From assembly GCA_022823775.1 (NCBI GenBank), contig JAJEHI010000048.1:42267-106266 (forward strand): 64,000 nucleotides of DNA. The letters are read 5' to 3'. The translations under genes were made by a program, and so were the position numbers. The notes under the pieces are model-generated. The model saw only the letters and a program-made list of their open reading frames with translations, had not been told where the DNA came from and ran no database searches. Shown here in pieces: positions 1 to 9,780 of the stretch; position 1 is the stretch's first letter; each line of letters starts with the position of its first letter. The stretch comes from Defluviicoccus sp. Lineage in GTDB: Bacteria; Pseudomonadota; Alphaproteobacteria; MPNO01.

Positions 1-403
1 CCGTGCCGCCGCTCGCCACCAGAAGGCAGGGAAGCTCCGCGGCGGAATCGGCATGCGCGATGCTGCCGCCGACAGTCCCCCGGTTGCGGATCGCGATATG
101 GGCGACGTTGTCGAGCACTTCGCCGATCAGCGGGTTGGCCGCGTTGGCCGCCCCATGGGCCTCGAGCTCGCGGTGCCGCGTCATCGCGCCGACGCGGATC
201 GAGCCGTTCTCGACCGCGATCCCGCGCAGCGACTCGATCTTTCCCAGGTCGACCAGCCGGCCCGGGGTCGAGAGGCGGAAATTCATCGTCGGGATCAGGC
301 TCTGCCCACCGGCGAGAGGACGCGCGGTCTCGTCCCCGGCGAGCGCCGCCACCGCCGCCTCGACGGTCTCCGGCGCGACGTAATCGAACAGCGCAGGCTT
401 CAC
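1..403 (-). CDS. FAD-binding subunit of a molybdopterin-dependent hydroxylase (CoxM / xanthine dehydrogenase family); only the N-terminal ~134 codons lie in the window
   Basis: Manual minus-strand translation gives VKPALFDYVAPETVEAAVAALAGDETARPLAGGQSLIPTMNFRL...AIRNRGTVGGSIAHADSAAELPCLLVASGGT. The FDYxxPxT N-terminus and the RNRGTxGGSxxHADPAA region are typical of CoxM-family FAD subunits. The GTG start at 403 overlaps the hyuB stop (GTGA). It is absent from the ORF track because its stop lies beyond the window edge. Confidence 0.7.
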   Translation of the reverse strand, partial: MKPALFDYVAPETVEAAVAALAGDETARPLAGGQSLIPTMNFRLSTPGRLVDLGKIESLRGIAVENGSIRVGAMTRHRELEAHGAANAANPLIGEVLDNVAHIAIRNRGTVGGSIAHADSAAELPCLLVASGGT

Positions 404-2310
404 TCCGCCGCCTCCGCCGCGGTCTCGGCCCACCAGCCGGCGTCGGGATCCTGCCAGCCCTCGGGCCAGTCGAGCCCGCCGCCGGCGCGCGCGGCCTCGA
501 CATAGGGGCCCCGGTCGAACATCGGCAGCGCGCCCCGCTTCGCGCGAAGCCGCGCCCGGCGCGCGTCGGTCGCCGCGCGATCGACCGCGGCCCGCGGCCC
601 GTCCCGCTGCAGGACGACGCCGTATTCCTCCTCGGCGGATTGCCGGGAAACCAGGCCGCATTCGACATCGTAGGCGACCAGACTGGGCTCGCGCAGCAGG
701 GGATCGCCCCAGCCGCCTCCCCCGGTGGTCTGGATGCGGACGGTGGCGCCCGCCGGCACCTCGATATTGTCGGCCATGCCGGCGACCTCGCGAAGCTCGC
801 CCGGTTCGTCCTCGATCGCGATCCGGTAGGTCGAGCCGGGCTTGCCGCCGTTGACGCCGTAGGTGTTGACCAGCGCGCGGTCGGCGTTCGACAGCAGCCG
901 GCAGGGTTGCAGCGCGCGGATGCGCTTGTCGTAGCCGAACCCGCCGCGCCGGAAGCCCGCTCCGCCGGAATCGCTGGCAAGCCCGAGCTTTTCGACCAGC
1001 ACCGGATAGCGGGTCTCGGAGAACTCGGCCGGCAGGTTGCGCGAGTTGGGAACGATGTGGACCACGTCCGAACCGTCCGCCCAGGGACGGCCGGGACCTC
1101 CGCCCCCCAGCACCTCGCGAAACAGGAAGAAATCCTCGTTCGAGGCGCCGCCGTGGAGTCCCCAGATACGGATCGTCTCGTGATCGGCCGGCATCTGCCC
1201 GCCCGTCGCCTTGGAGAGCAGCGCCGCGAAAATTCCGAGCGAGCGCAGCAGGATGAAGAACCGCATCCCCGTCGCCTTGCCGAAATTGGGCGTGACCAGC
1301 GTGCCTTTCTCCGGGAATTTCACGTCGATCACGTCGAGGACGCCCTCGTTCATGTCGATCTCGGCCGCACGCTCGGGCGAGGACGCGAGAGACCGCAGAA
1401 CCGGGCCCATCCATTTGCGGACGAATTTGCCGTCGGAATAGTCGATCGCCCAGTTGATCGGGCCCTTGGCCTCCTTGCTGGTGCCGGTGAAGTCGAGCAG
1501 GATCCTGTCGGCGGTCTTGGTCATGGTGACGCGCATCGCGTGCAGCCGGGGCGCATCGACGCCGTCGTTCTCGATATAGTCCTCCCAGGTGTAGACGCCG
1601 TCCTCGATCCTGGGCAGAAGTTCGCGCCGGATCGCCTCGGCGCAGTTCTCGATCATCGCGTCGAACGCCGCCTCGAGCGTATCGGCGCCGTAGCGCTCGG
1701 CGAGCGCCACCACCCGCCTCGAGCCCAGCATGGCGGCGCCGATCTCGGCGTCGAGGTCGCCGCGCAGATGCTCCGACAGGCGGGAGTTGCGCTCGATGAT
1801 GCGGAACGCCGCCTCGTTGACCTTGCCGCGTTCGTAGAGCTTGATCGGCGGGATCACCAGCCCCTCGGTCCACATGTCTTCGGCATGCACGGGCAGGCTT
1901 CCCGGCACCGAGCCGCCGACATCGTCGTGGTGGCCGAAGACCTGGGAGAAGCCGATCAGACGGCCGTCGTGGAAGATCGGCAGGGTCGAGCAGAGGTCGG
2001 GGATGTGGCCGATGCCGCCCGAGGAGTTGTAGGGGTCGTTCCAGAAGAACACGTCGCCCGGCTCGATGTCGTCCTCCCCGAAATACTCGAACACCGGTTC
2101 GACCAGCGCCGAGTAGGAGCGCCCGGTGAGCTTGCGGCCCCTGGCGTCGAACAGGGCGACCCGGTAGTCGTGCTGGTCGCGGATCATCGGGGAACGCGAG
2201 GTGCGTTCGACGGCGGCCTCGATCTCAAGTTCGGCCGACCGGATGGTGCCGGTAATGATCTCGAGTTCCACCGGCCCGAGCCGCCGAGCCTCGTCAGAGG
2301 GCTTGCTCAT
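400..2310 (-). CDS. hyuB: Hydantoinase B / 5-oxoprolinase family protein (HyuB-like)
   Basis: The track ORF 400..3285 carries a ~320-aa arginine-rich read-through in front of the real start MSKPSDEARRLGPVELEIITG at 2310. The body matches the hydantoinase_B family (GGGGWGDP, HIVPNSRNLPAEF). Its ATG overlaps the hyuA stop (ATGA). Confidence 0.85.
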   Translation of the reverse strand: MSKPSDEARRLGPVELEIITGTIRSAELEIEAAVERTSRSPMIRDQHDYRVALFDARGRKLTGRSYSALVEPVFEYFGEDDIEPGDVFFWNDPYNSSGGIGHIPDLCSTLPIFHDGRLIGFSQVFGHHDDVGGSVPGSLPVHAEDMWTEGLVIPPIKLYERGKVNEAAFRIIERNSRLSEHLRGDLDAEIGAAMLGSRRVVALAERYGADTLEAAFDAMIENCAEAIRRELLPRIEDGVYTWEDYIENDGVDAPRLHAMRVTMTKTADRILLDFTGTSKEAKGPINWAIDYSDGKFVRKWMGPVLRSLASSPERAAEIDMNEGVLDVIDVKFPEKGTLVTPNFGKATGMRFFILLRSLGIFAALLSKATGGQMPADHETIRIWGLHGGASNEDFFLFREVLGGGGPGRPWADGSDVVHIVPNSRNLPAEFSETRYPVLVEKLGLASDSGGAGFRRGGFGYDKRIRALQPCRLLSNADRALVNTYGVNGGKPGSTYRIAIEDEPGELREVAGMADNIEVPAGATVRIQTTGGGGWGDPLLREPSLVAYDVECGLVSRQSAEEEYGVVLQRDGPRAAVDRAATDARRARLRAKRGALPMFDRGPYVEAARAGGGLDWPEGWQDPDAGWWAETAAEAAE

Positions 2311-4358
2311 GAGGATTTCTCCAGGATGAGGTTGCCGTAGCGGTCGACGGTCGACCGCCAGCTCTCCGGCACGACGGTCGTCGACCCGTATTCCTCCACG
2401 ATCGCCGGCCCGGTCACCGACGCGCCGACGCCGAGGTCGCGCCGGCGCCAGATGCCGCACTCTATCCAGCCGCCGTCGCGCCAGTAAACCCGGCGGGACG
2501 CGACGGGAGCGGCCCCTCCGCCGCCGGATTCGAGAGGTCGGATTCCCGGCCGGTGCACGCGCCCAACCGCCTGGACCCTGAGGCTCACCACCTCGACATC
2601 CTGGCGGCCCTCGTAATGGAAGCCGAAGGTGCTCTCGTGCACCCGGTGGAAGTCGCGCCACATGGTCGCTACCGCATCGCCGCCGACGGTGCCGGGCGGA
2701 ACCGGTACCGGTACCTCGTGACCCTCGCCCACATAGCGCATGTCGGCGCTGCGGAACAGGTCGATGGCCTCGCGCGCGACGCCCTCGGCCGCGATCTCGT
2801 TCCTGCCGGCATCCTCCAGCGCGGACCAGACGGCTTCGAGCTCGCCCGCGTCGTGCGACGACTGCTGGCGCACGCAGGTCCGGACGTAGTCGCGCTTGAC
2901 GTCGGACACGTGAAGCCCGAAGGCGGACAGGTTTCCCGGGTTGGGCGGCACCATGGCGGTGGCGATCCCGAGGAAATCGGCGACCTCGGCGGCGAACAGC
3001 CCGCCGGCGCCGCCGAAGGCGACCATCGCGTAATCGCCCGGATCGAGGCCGCGCGTGGTGGTGACCCGCCGGATGCCGTGTACCTGGTTGGCCGACGCGA
3101 TCTCCAGCACGCCGGCCGCGGCTTCCTCCGCCGGGATTTCGAGCTCGCGGCCGAGCTCCTCGTATGCGGCCCGGGCCGCGCCGGCATCGAGCTTCAGCCC
3201 GCCGCCGATCAGCGCCTCCGGCAGTCGCCCCAGCGCGAGCCCGGCATCGGTCACCGTCGGTTCGGTGCCGCCGCGGCCATAGCATATCGGCCCCGGATCG
3301 GCGCCGGCGCTCCGCGGTCCCACCTTCAGCGCCCCGTAGTCGTCGATCCAGGCGAGCGACCCGCCGCCGGTCCCCACCGTCTCGATATCCAGCATCGGCG
3401 ACTTGACGGGGTAGTTCTCGATCGTCGCGTGGCTCGTGAGCTGGGGCGTCAGGTTCTGGACCAGGGACACGTCGGTCGACGTGCCGCCGACGTCGAGGGT
3501 GAGCACGTTCCGGTAGTCGGCCAGCCGCGCCATGTGCGTCGCGCCGAGCACACCGCCGGCGGGGCCGGAAACCAGCATCGTCACCGGCTTCTCGGCCGCC
3601 TTGGCGCTGGTCACGATGCCGCCGTTCGACTGCATGATGAGGAACGGCACCGGGCCCGAACGCTCACGGATGCTGCGCTCCGCGTGGCCGAGATAGGTCT
3701 TGCAATAGGGCTTCACCATGACGTCGATCAGGGTCGTCATGGCGCGCTCGTATTCGCGGTATTCCGGAAGCACGACCGAGGAAAGCGAGACGTGGATCTC
3801 CGGGTGCCGTTCGGCCACCAGTTCGCCGACCCGGTTCTCGTGCGCCGGGTTGGCGTAGGAGTGGAGCAGGCAGACGGCGAGGCGGTTTACCCCGAGCGCG
3901 GCCAGCTCGTCCGCCGCGCGGACGACGCTGTCTTCCTCGAGCGGCGCCAGCTCCGAACCGTCGTGGCGTATGCGCCCAGTCACCTCGCGCACCAGATGCA
4001 GGGGCACGAGGCGTTTCGGCTTCACCCAGAAGAACGAGTTGCCGTAACCGTCCGGGACCGACTGGCGCGCGATCTCGATAAGGTGCCGGAAGCCGCTGGT
4101 GACAAGCAGTCCGAGGCCCTCGAACTTGTGCTCCAGCACGGCGTTGGTCGCCGTCGTCGTGCCGTGCAGGATCTGGCCGATTTCGGTCCGCGCGACACCT
4201 GCCGCGTCCAGCACCTCGTCGATGCCGTTCAGCAGCCCGAGGCTCGGATCGGCCGGCGTGCTCGGGGTCTTGATCGCGAACTGGTCGCCCGTTTCCTCGT
4301 CGAGCGCGATCACGTCCGTGAAGGTGCCGCCGGTGTCGATGGCTATGCGGAGCGACAT
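2307..4358 (-). CDS. hyuA: Hydantoinase A / N-methylhydantoinase A family protein (HyuA-like)
   Basis: The 683-aa ORF starts MSLRIAIDTGGTFTDVIALDEETG, the typical hydantoinase_A N-terminus, and has the GGTSTDVSL ATP-binding motif. It is translationally coupled to hyuB. Confidence 0.85.
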   Translation of the reverse strand: MSLRIAIDTGGTFTDVIALDEETGDQFAIKTPSTPADPSLGLLNGIDEVLDAAGVARTEIGQILHGTTTATNAVLEHKFEGLGLLVTSGFRHLIEIARQSVPDGYGNSFFWVKPKRLVPLHLVREVTGRIRHDGSELAPLEEDSVVRAADELAALGVNRLAVCLLHSYANPAHENRVGELVAERHPEIHVSLSSVVLPEYREYERAMTTLIDVMVKPYCKTYLGHAERSIRERSGPVPFLIMQSNGGIVTSAKAAEKPVTMLVSGPAGGVLGATHMARLADYRNVLTLDVGGTSTDVSLVQNLTPQLTSHATIENYPVKSPMLDIETVGTGGGSLAWIDDYGALKVGPRSAGADPGPICYGRGGTEPTVTDAGLALGRLPEALIGGGLKLDAGAARAAYEELGRELEIPAEEAAAGVLEIASANQVHGIRRVTTTRGLDPGDYAMVAFGGAGGLFAAEVADFLGIATAMVPPNPGNLSAFGLHVSDVKRDYVRTCVRQQSSHDAGELEAVWSALEDAGRNEIAAEGVAREAIDLFRSADMRYVGEGHEVPVPVPPGTVGGDAVATMWRDFHRVHESTFGFHYEGRQDVEVVSLRVQAVGRVHRPGIRPLESGGGGAAPVASRRVYWRDGGWIECGIWRRRDLGVGASVTGPAIVEEYGSTTVVPESWRSTVDRYGNLILEKSS

Positions 4359-4406
4359 ATTTTATCTGCTATTTCAATACTCTATCCATCGCCCGCCACG
4401 ATATTG

Positions 4407-5132
4407 TCATGCGCCCACCGGGTCAATCGCACACGTCTCCTCGGGCGCGCCGGTTGCGGTCTGGTCCTCCCATTCCGCGAGCAGGTCCGCGCTGTCCATC
4501 ACCAGCCCCATGTGGATCGACACCATCTTGAGCGCCGCGTCCTCCATCTCGTCGTTGGTGCCCCGAACCAGATCGCGCAGCACGACGACGCGGTAGTCGC
4601 GGTTGCTGGCATCGAAAGCGGCGTTCAGCACGCAGCAATCGGTGAATCCGCCGTTCAGCACGACCGTCCGGATGCCCATGTTGCGCAGCAGGAAGTCGAG
4701 ATCGGTCGGATAGAAGACCGACAGCCGCTTCTTGGTCTCGACGATCTGGTCGCCGGGCTTGACCCGGGTCTCGAACTCGGTCCAGCGGCTGCCCTCGATC
4801 GCGTGGGAGTCAGCATTCGGTATGTCGCCCACATAGAGCGGGAAGACCTGCCGCCATGCCGAACGCAGCCCGTTGACGTCATCGACGCCGCCTTTCCTCA
4901 GCACCGTCCTGACATGGACGACCGGAATGCCGAGTCGGCGCGCCTCGTCGTGGAAAATGTCGATCGGCGCGACGATCTCGCGGGCGCGCGGCGCGGGGCA
5001 GGGGCAATCCGGCGTGTCGGCGAGGTGGCCCCGATGCATGTCGATCGACACCACCGCCGACTTGCCGCGATCGGCATAAAGCTCGAACCCGTCCGGCAGG
5101 ACGCGGCGTTCGCCGTAGACGTAAGCCTGCAT
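4407..5132 (-). CDS. Isochorismatase-family cysteine hydrolase
   Basis: 241 aa. The family fold shows in VVSIDMHRG...IRTVVLNGGFTDCCVLNAAFDASNRDYRVVVLRD, with the catalytic Cys in TDCCV. Confidence 0.8.
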   Translation of the reverse strand: MQAYVYGERRVLPDGFELYADRGKSAVVSIDMHRGHLADTPDCPCPAPRAREIVAPIDIFHDEARRLGIPVVHVRTVLRKGGVDDVNGLRSAWRQVFPLYVGDIPNADSHAIEGSRWTEFETRVKPGDQIVETKKRLSVFYPTDLDFLLRNMGIRTVVLNGGFTDCCVLNAAFDASNRDYRVVVLRDLVRGTNDEMEDAALKMVSIHMGLVMDSADLLAEWEDQTATGAPEETCAIDPVGA

Positions 5133-5145
5133 ATCCGCCCCCTCG

Positions 5146-6507
5146 TCAGTGTTCGCCGCCGTTCTCGCTTTCGGCGTAAGCGGCGATCAGGCGTCGGATA
5201 CGCTCGTCGCGGTCGGCGGCGTCCTGGTGCGCGCCCTCGACGTTGATATCGGTGATCCGCTCGCCCGCCCGGCGAAGCAGCACGTCGTCGCTGCCGTTCC
5301 CGTCCGCCGGGATGCGTACCACCGTGTCGTGGCAATAGGTCGGAATCCGGCCGTCGGCGCGGAAACGCGGCGCTTTCGGATCGCCGCCCGAGGCCACCCG
5401 GCGGATCTCGGCCCTCAGCAGCTTGCGCAGCATCAGGACGCCCTTGTCGGTGGCGGTCATGTGCTCCAGCGCATGGACCGCGATCGGCCGCTGGCTGGTC
5501 TGGGCGTCGAAATCGCCCGGGATGCGCTGGCGGTCCTCGTAGCTCCTGGCGCCGCTCTGGCCGAAGAAGTCGACGCGCTCCGGACCGCACTGGCTCTCGT
5601 CCGCGTTGTTCCCAGGATCGCCGTCGGGGTGGAAATGCCGCCAGCCGATGATACGGCATGTCCGGTTGTCGACCGGCGTGGTCCAGCGCGTGATGCCGGT
5701 CCGCATGTAGAGTTTGGGCTCCTGCCCGTCCTCCCAGATATGCCCGACCTGGGCGATGTTGCCGAAGACGATGTCGTTCGAGCGCACCCAGACGTTGTCG
5801 CCCCAGCGCCGCGTGGTGATGTAGATCATGCCCGTTGGGGTCTCGCGGAACTCGGTGACCGGAAGCTCGCCCCAGGCGTCGGCGAACTGGGAGAAGCTGA
5901 TCCGCGTATGCAGGAACACCGCATGCGCCGGGTCCATCACGTTTTCCTGCACCTGGAGCCAGTTGCAGGGGTAGGTGATGTAGTAGGGCACCAGCCGGTC
6001 ATCCGGCATGGCCAGCGTGTCGTAAGGCGCGAAGTCCGAGCGTTTGTCGGGCGGTCCCATATAGGCGAACACCAGACCGTTGTGCTCCTCGACCGGGTAG
6101 GCGCCGTGATAGAGCCGGTCCTTGAGCGTGCTCGACGGGGGTTCGCCCGGCGTCTCCAGAATCCGGCCGTCCGGCGCGAACAGCCAACTGTGATAACAGC
6201 AGCGAAGGCCGCCGAGCTCGACGACGCCGTATTCGAGCGAGGTTCCGCGATGGCTGCAATGGAGGTCGAGCAGCCCCCATTCGCCGGCGCGACTCCGGAA
6301 CAGCACCAGGTCCTCGCCGAACATGCGCACCTTGAGCGGAAGTTCTCCGACCTCCGAGGCGATGGCGACGGGTTGCCAGAAGCGCCGCAGGTACTCGCCG
6401 CAGGGGGAACCGCGCTCGACATGAGTCAACTCGGTGTCCTCTTGCGGCGTCGGCGGGTTGTGATAGGCGCCATAGGGGGTGCGCAGAAAATGCTTCTGCC
6501 CGGCCAT
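5146..6507 (-). CDS. Aromatic-ring-hydroxylating (Rieske non-haem iron) oxygenase alpha subunit
   Basis: Rieske motif CSHRGTSLEYG...CCYHSWLF; mononuclear-iron region DPAHAVFLHT. Real start MAGQKHFLRTPYGAYHNPP at 6507; the track ORF 5146..6879 includes an upstream read-through. No beta-subunit gene is adjacent. Confidence 0.8.
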   Translation of the reverse strand: MAGQKHFLRTPYGAYHNPPTPQEDTELTHVERGSPCGEYLRRFWQPVAIASEVGELPLKVRMFGEDLVLFRSRAGEWGLLDLHCSHRGTSLEYGVVELGGLRCCYHSWLFAPDGRILETPGEPPSSTLKDRLYHGAYPVEEHNGLVFAYMGPPDKRSDFAPYDTLAMPDDRLVPYYITYPCNWLQVQENVMDPAHAVFLHTRISFSQFADAWGELPVTEFRETPTGMIYITTRRWGDNVWVRSNDIVFGNIAQVGHIWEDGQEPKLYMRTGITRWTTPVDNRTCRIIGWRHFHPDGDPGNNADESQCGPERVDFFGQSGARSYEDRQRIPGDFDAQTSQRPIAVHALEHMTATDKGVLMLRKLLRAEIRRVASGGDPKAPRFRADGRIPTYCHDTVVRIPADGNGSDDVLLRRAGERITDINVEGAHQDAADRDERIRRLIAAYAESENGGEH

Positions 6508-6634
6508 CCGTCGTCTTCCTCCGCAGTGGCTCGGTCCGATGCTACGGCGCGAACGGGCGCGCGGAAACGATAAATTGCCGGCCCGTGGACGCGCTGTTAG
6601 CGTTCGCGCGGCGCGGCGGGGTGTGCGAGGTGGA

Positions 6635-7792
6635 ATGGAGGGCAGGAGGATTCGGTTCGGCACCTTCCTCGCGCCGTTCCATTCGGTCCACGAGAATCCG
6701 ACGCTCGCGTTCGACCGCGATCTCGCGCTGGTGGAGCATCTCGACCGGCTCGGTTTCGACGAGGTCTGGGTAGGCGAGCACCATTCCGGCGGGATGGAGA
6801 TCGTAGCCTCGCCCGAGATCTTCATCGCCGCGGCCGCGGAACGAACCCGGCGGATCGGGCTCGGAACGGGCGTGGTCACGCTCCCCTATCACCACCCGTT
6901 CCTGGTCGCCGAGCGTATCAACCAGCTGGATCATCAGACCAAGGGGCGGACGATGTTCGGCGTCGGCGCCGGCGCGCTGCCCTACGACGCGGACATGCTG
7001 GGGATCGACGTAGCCCGGATCCGCGACATGATGACCGAGGCCCTTGATGTCATCGTTCCGCTGCTCGACGGCGAGACGGTGAGCCGCAGGACCGACTGGT
7101 TCGAGCTCCGCGAGGCCCGGCTACAACTCGCTCCTTTCACCCGCCCGCGCGTCGAGCTCGCGGTTCCGTCGGTGGTCTCTCCGTCCGGGCCCCGCGCGGC
7201 CGGCAAGTACGGCATGAGCCTGCTGTCCACCGCCGCCACGACCCGGGCCGCGTTCGAGGCCCTGCCGGAGACATGGGAGATCTGCGCCGACGAGGCGAAG
7301 GCGCACGGCCGGCACGTGGACCGCGCGCGCTGGCGGCTGGTGGGGCCCGTCCACATCGCCGAAACCCGCGAGCGGGCGCGCGCCAATGTCCGTTTCGGGA
7401 TCCAGGAATGGCTCCATTACTTCGCCTATGTCGGCCATCTGCCGCTCGACGCCACCGGCGAGGGCGACGTCGAGTCCGACATCGACGCGCTGATCGAGTC
7501 GAAGATAGCAACGATCGGCACGCCGGACGACCTGATCGCCCAGATCGAGCGGCTGGAGCGCCAGTCGGGCGTCTTCGGCGTCTTCCTCGACATGGCGCAT
7601 AACTGGGCCGACTTCGCCGAGACCAGGCGCAGCTACGAGCTCATCGCCCGCTACGTCATGCCCCGCTTCGACGGCCGCGCCGGCCGGCAGGAAGAAGCCT
7701 ATCGCCGGGCGATGGAGAAAAAACCGGAACTCGCGGAACGGCGCCAGGCCGGCATCGACAAGGCGATCCGCGACCTCAACCCTCGAACGTGA
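6635..7792 (+). CDS. LLM-class (luciferase-like) flavin-dependent monooxygenase/oxidoreductase
   Basis: MEGRRIRFGTFLAPFHSVHENPTLAFDRDLALVEHLDRLGFDEVWVGEHH is a typical LLM N-terminus. Transcribed divergently from the Rieske operon. Confidence 0.75.
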   Translation: MEGRRIRFGTFLAPFHSVHENPTLAFDRDLALVEHLDRLGFDEVWVGEHHSGGMEIVASPEIFIAAAAERTRRIGLGTGVVTLPYHHPFLVAERINQLDHQTKGRTMFGVGAGALPYDADMLGIDVARIRDMMTEALDVIVPLLDGETVSRRTDWFELREARLQLAPFTRPRVELAVPSVVSPSGPRAAGKYGMSLLSTAATTRAAFEALPETWEICADEAKAHGRHVDRARWRLVGPVHIAETRERARANVRFGIQEWLHYFAYVGHLPLDATGEGDVESDIDALIESKIATIGTPDDLIAQIERLERQSGVFGVFLDMAHNWADFAETRRSYELIARYVMPRFDGRAGRQEEAYRRAMEKKPELAERRQAGIDKAIRDLNPRT

Positions 7793-8648
7793 TCTCCGCC
7801 GACTGGGCGATGCCGCCTGCGGGGGTGAGGGCCCACAGCCGGCCTTCGCCTTCGCCCGGGCCGGGCGCGCCCGCGACGGTGAACGGCGTCCCGTCGAACA
7901 GCGGCGCGAGCGCGCGCACCGCGTAGGTCCTGAGCGTCGCCTCGGGCCGCGAACGGCGGAACAGGTCGAGGAGCAGCGTCGTGATCAGGTTGCCGTGGAC
8001 CAGCAGGCCCGGATAGCCCTCGACCCCGGTCACGTAGTCGCGGTCGTAGTGAATCCGATGGCTGTTCATGGTCAGCGCCGAATAGCGGAACAGCAATACG
8101 GTGGTCGGCTCGATCTCGCGCGACCAGACCTTTTCGACTTCCGGCGCTTCGCGCGGCGTCGGCGCATTGGCCGCGCCGCCCGGATCGGCTTCGCGATAGA
8201 CGGTGGTGTGCTCCTCGTGGGTCGCGAGCCCGTCCTCGCCGAAGATCTCGTGGCGCACGGTCACGAAGCAGAGCGTTCCCGATCTGCCGCTCTTCGGCGC
8301 CACGTCCGTGATCGTGGAGACCCGCCGCGCCGTCTCGCCGACCCGGAGCGGCCGGTCGAAGCGCATCCGAACCCCGGCCCACATGCGGCGCGGCAACGGT
8401 ACCGGCGGCATGAAGCCGCCCTTGGCCTTGTGGCCGTCCGGCCCGGTCTCGCAAAGCTTCACGACCTCCGGGAAATAGTACCAGTGCCAGCCCGGGGGGA
8501 TCGGGTCGCCTTCCCTCAGCGGCGGATCGTCGCGGTCGAAGGTGGCGGCGAGGATGTCGGCCGGAGCGGCGGTGATCGGCCCGGTCGCGGTCTCGCTCCG
8601 CCCGATCCAGTCGCGCGCCCGTTCGAGCGCTTCGTCCGGCGCGTTCAT
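7776..8648 (-). CDS. MaoC-like / FAS1-like (R)-specific enoyl-CoA hydratase (hot-dog fold; mesaconyl-/itaconyl-CoA hydratase-like)
   Basis: Real start MNAPDEALERARDWIG at 8648. The ATG overlaps the CoA-transferase stop (ATGA). The hot-dog hydratase motif region is HRIHYDRDYVTGVEGYPGLLVHG. Confidence 0.7.
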   Translation of the reverse strand: MNAPDEALERARDWIGRSETATGPITAAPADILAATFDRDDPPLREGDPIPPGWHWYYFPEVVKLCETGPDGHKAKGGFMPPVPLPRRMWAGVRMRFDRPLRVGETARRVSTITDVAPKSGRSGTLCFVTVRHEIFGEDGLATHEEHTTVYREADPGGAANAPTPREAPEVEKVWSREIEPTTVLLFRYSALTMNSHRIHYDRDYVTGVEGYPGLLVHGNLITTLLLDLFRRSRPEATLRTYAVRALAPLFDGTPFTVAGAPGPGEGEGRLWALTPAGGIAQSAEITFEG

Positions 8649-9766
8649 GCCGCGAACTCCGCGCGGATCGCTTCGGAATCGGCTCCGGCTTCCGGCACCG
8701 GGCCGAGGTCCCGCGAGGCCCTGTCGATCCGCGCCGGCGGCGCGACGATGTCGATCGCTCCGTCCGGAATGCCGATCCCGCTCCGGCGAAGCGCCGGGTG
8801 GCGCCCGAGGCCGCCGACGTCGTTGACCTCCCCGAAGGCGATCTTGGCCTTGCGCAGCCGTTCGATCAGCGCGTCCCGTTCTATCGACGTGAAGACCTCG
8901 CGGACAACGGCATCGAAAGGCTCGCGGTTGTCCAGCCGGGCGATGTTGCTCTCGAAACGCGGATCCTCCGGCAGCCCGGGGCGCTGCAGCACCTCGGCGC
9001 ACAGGCGGACGAACTCGCGCTCGTTCTGGATCGCGATCAGAATCGGCGAGCCTTCTTTGGTCGGGTAGGCGCCGTAGGGGTGGATCGAGGGGTGGTTGAG
9101 CCCGATCCGGGGCGGTCCCTTGCCGTCCGATTCCCAGTGCAGGAGCGGCACCGTCATCCAGTCGGCCATGCCGGAAAACAGCGAGGTCTCGATGGCGCAG
9201 CCCTCGCCGGTTTCGCCGCGCGCGATCACCGCCTCCAGCACCGCCATGTAGCTGTACATGCCGCAGGCGATGTCGCAGACCGACACGCCCACGCGCCCCG
9301 GCCCTTCCGGCCCGCCGGTCACCGAGCAAAGGCCGGATTCCGCCTGGACCAGGAGGTCGTACGCCTTCATGTCGGCATAGGTTCCTTCCGACCCGTAGCC
9401 GCTGATGTCGACCGCGATCAGCCGGGGGTTGCGGCCGCGCAGCTCTTCGGAGGCGAACCCCGCGCGCGCGGCGGCTCCGGGGGCGAGGTTCTGGATGAAC
9501 ACGTCGGCCTTCCCCAGGATACGGTAGAGCAGCGCCCGGTCGTCCGGGTCCTTGATGTCGGCGATAAGCGACTCCTTGCCGCGGTTGAGCCAGACGAAGT
9601 AGGCGCTCTCGCCGCCGGCGAAATTATCGTATTTGCGCGCGAAGTCGCCGCCCTCGCGCTCGATCTTGATGACCCGCGCACCCGCGTCGGCGAGGCGCGA
9701 CGAGCAGTAGGGCGCGGCCACCGCCTGTTCCATCGACACGACGAGCAGGCCGTCCAGCGGCCGCAT
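8645..9766 (-). CDS. CaiB/BaiF family (class III) CoA-transferase
   Basis: MRPLDGLLVVSMEQAVAAPYCSSRLADAGARVIKIE matches the family N-terminus consensus (L.G..V.D....AGP.c...LAD.GA.VIKVE). 373 aa. Confidence 0.8.
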   Translation of the reverse strand: MRPLDGLLVVSMEQAVAAPYCSSRLADAGARVIKIEREGGDFARKYDNFAGGESAYFVWLNRGKESLIADIKDPDDRALLYRILGKADVFIQNLAPGAAARAGFASEELRGRNPRLIAVDISGYGSEGTYADMKAYDLLVQAESGLCSVTGGPEGPGRVGVSVCDIACGMYSYMAVLEAVIARGETGEGCAIETSLFSGMADWMTVPLLHWESDGKGPPRIGLNHPSIHPYGAYPTKEGSPILIAIQNEREFVRLCAEVLQRPGLPEDPRFESNIARLDNREPFDAVVREVFTSIERDALIERLRKAKIAFGEVNDVGGLGRHPALRRSGIGIPDGAIDIVAPPARIDRASRDLGPVPEAGADSEAIRAEFAA

Positions 9767-9780
9767 CGCGTCGCGCCCCG

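Noticed and set aside
3-505. Plus-strand ORFs 3..383 and 53..505 (126 and 150 aa)
   Set aside because: They have low-complexity, Arg/Ser/Ala-rich translations. The minus strand of the same interval encodes a clean CoxM-like N-terminus, so they are antisense artefacts of high GC.
400-3285. 961-aa minus-strand ORF suggesting a giant HyuB
   Set aside because: The first ~320 residues are an arginine-rich read-through running antisense over hyuA's 3' region. The conserved HyuB N-terminus begins at the internal ATG at 2310, which also gives ATGA coupling with hyuA.
640-5246. Long plus-strand ORFs 640..2340 (566 aa) and 2553..5246 (897 aa)
   Set aside because: They are antisense to hyuB, hyuA and the isochorismatase gene, and their R/D/G/H-rich low-complexity products have no recognisable motifs. 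They are typical GC-rich shadow ORFs.
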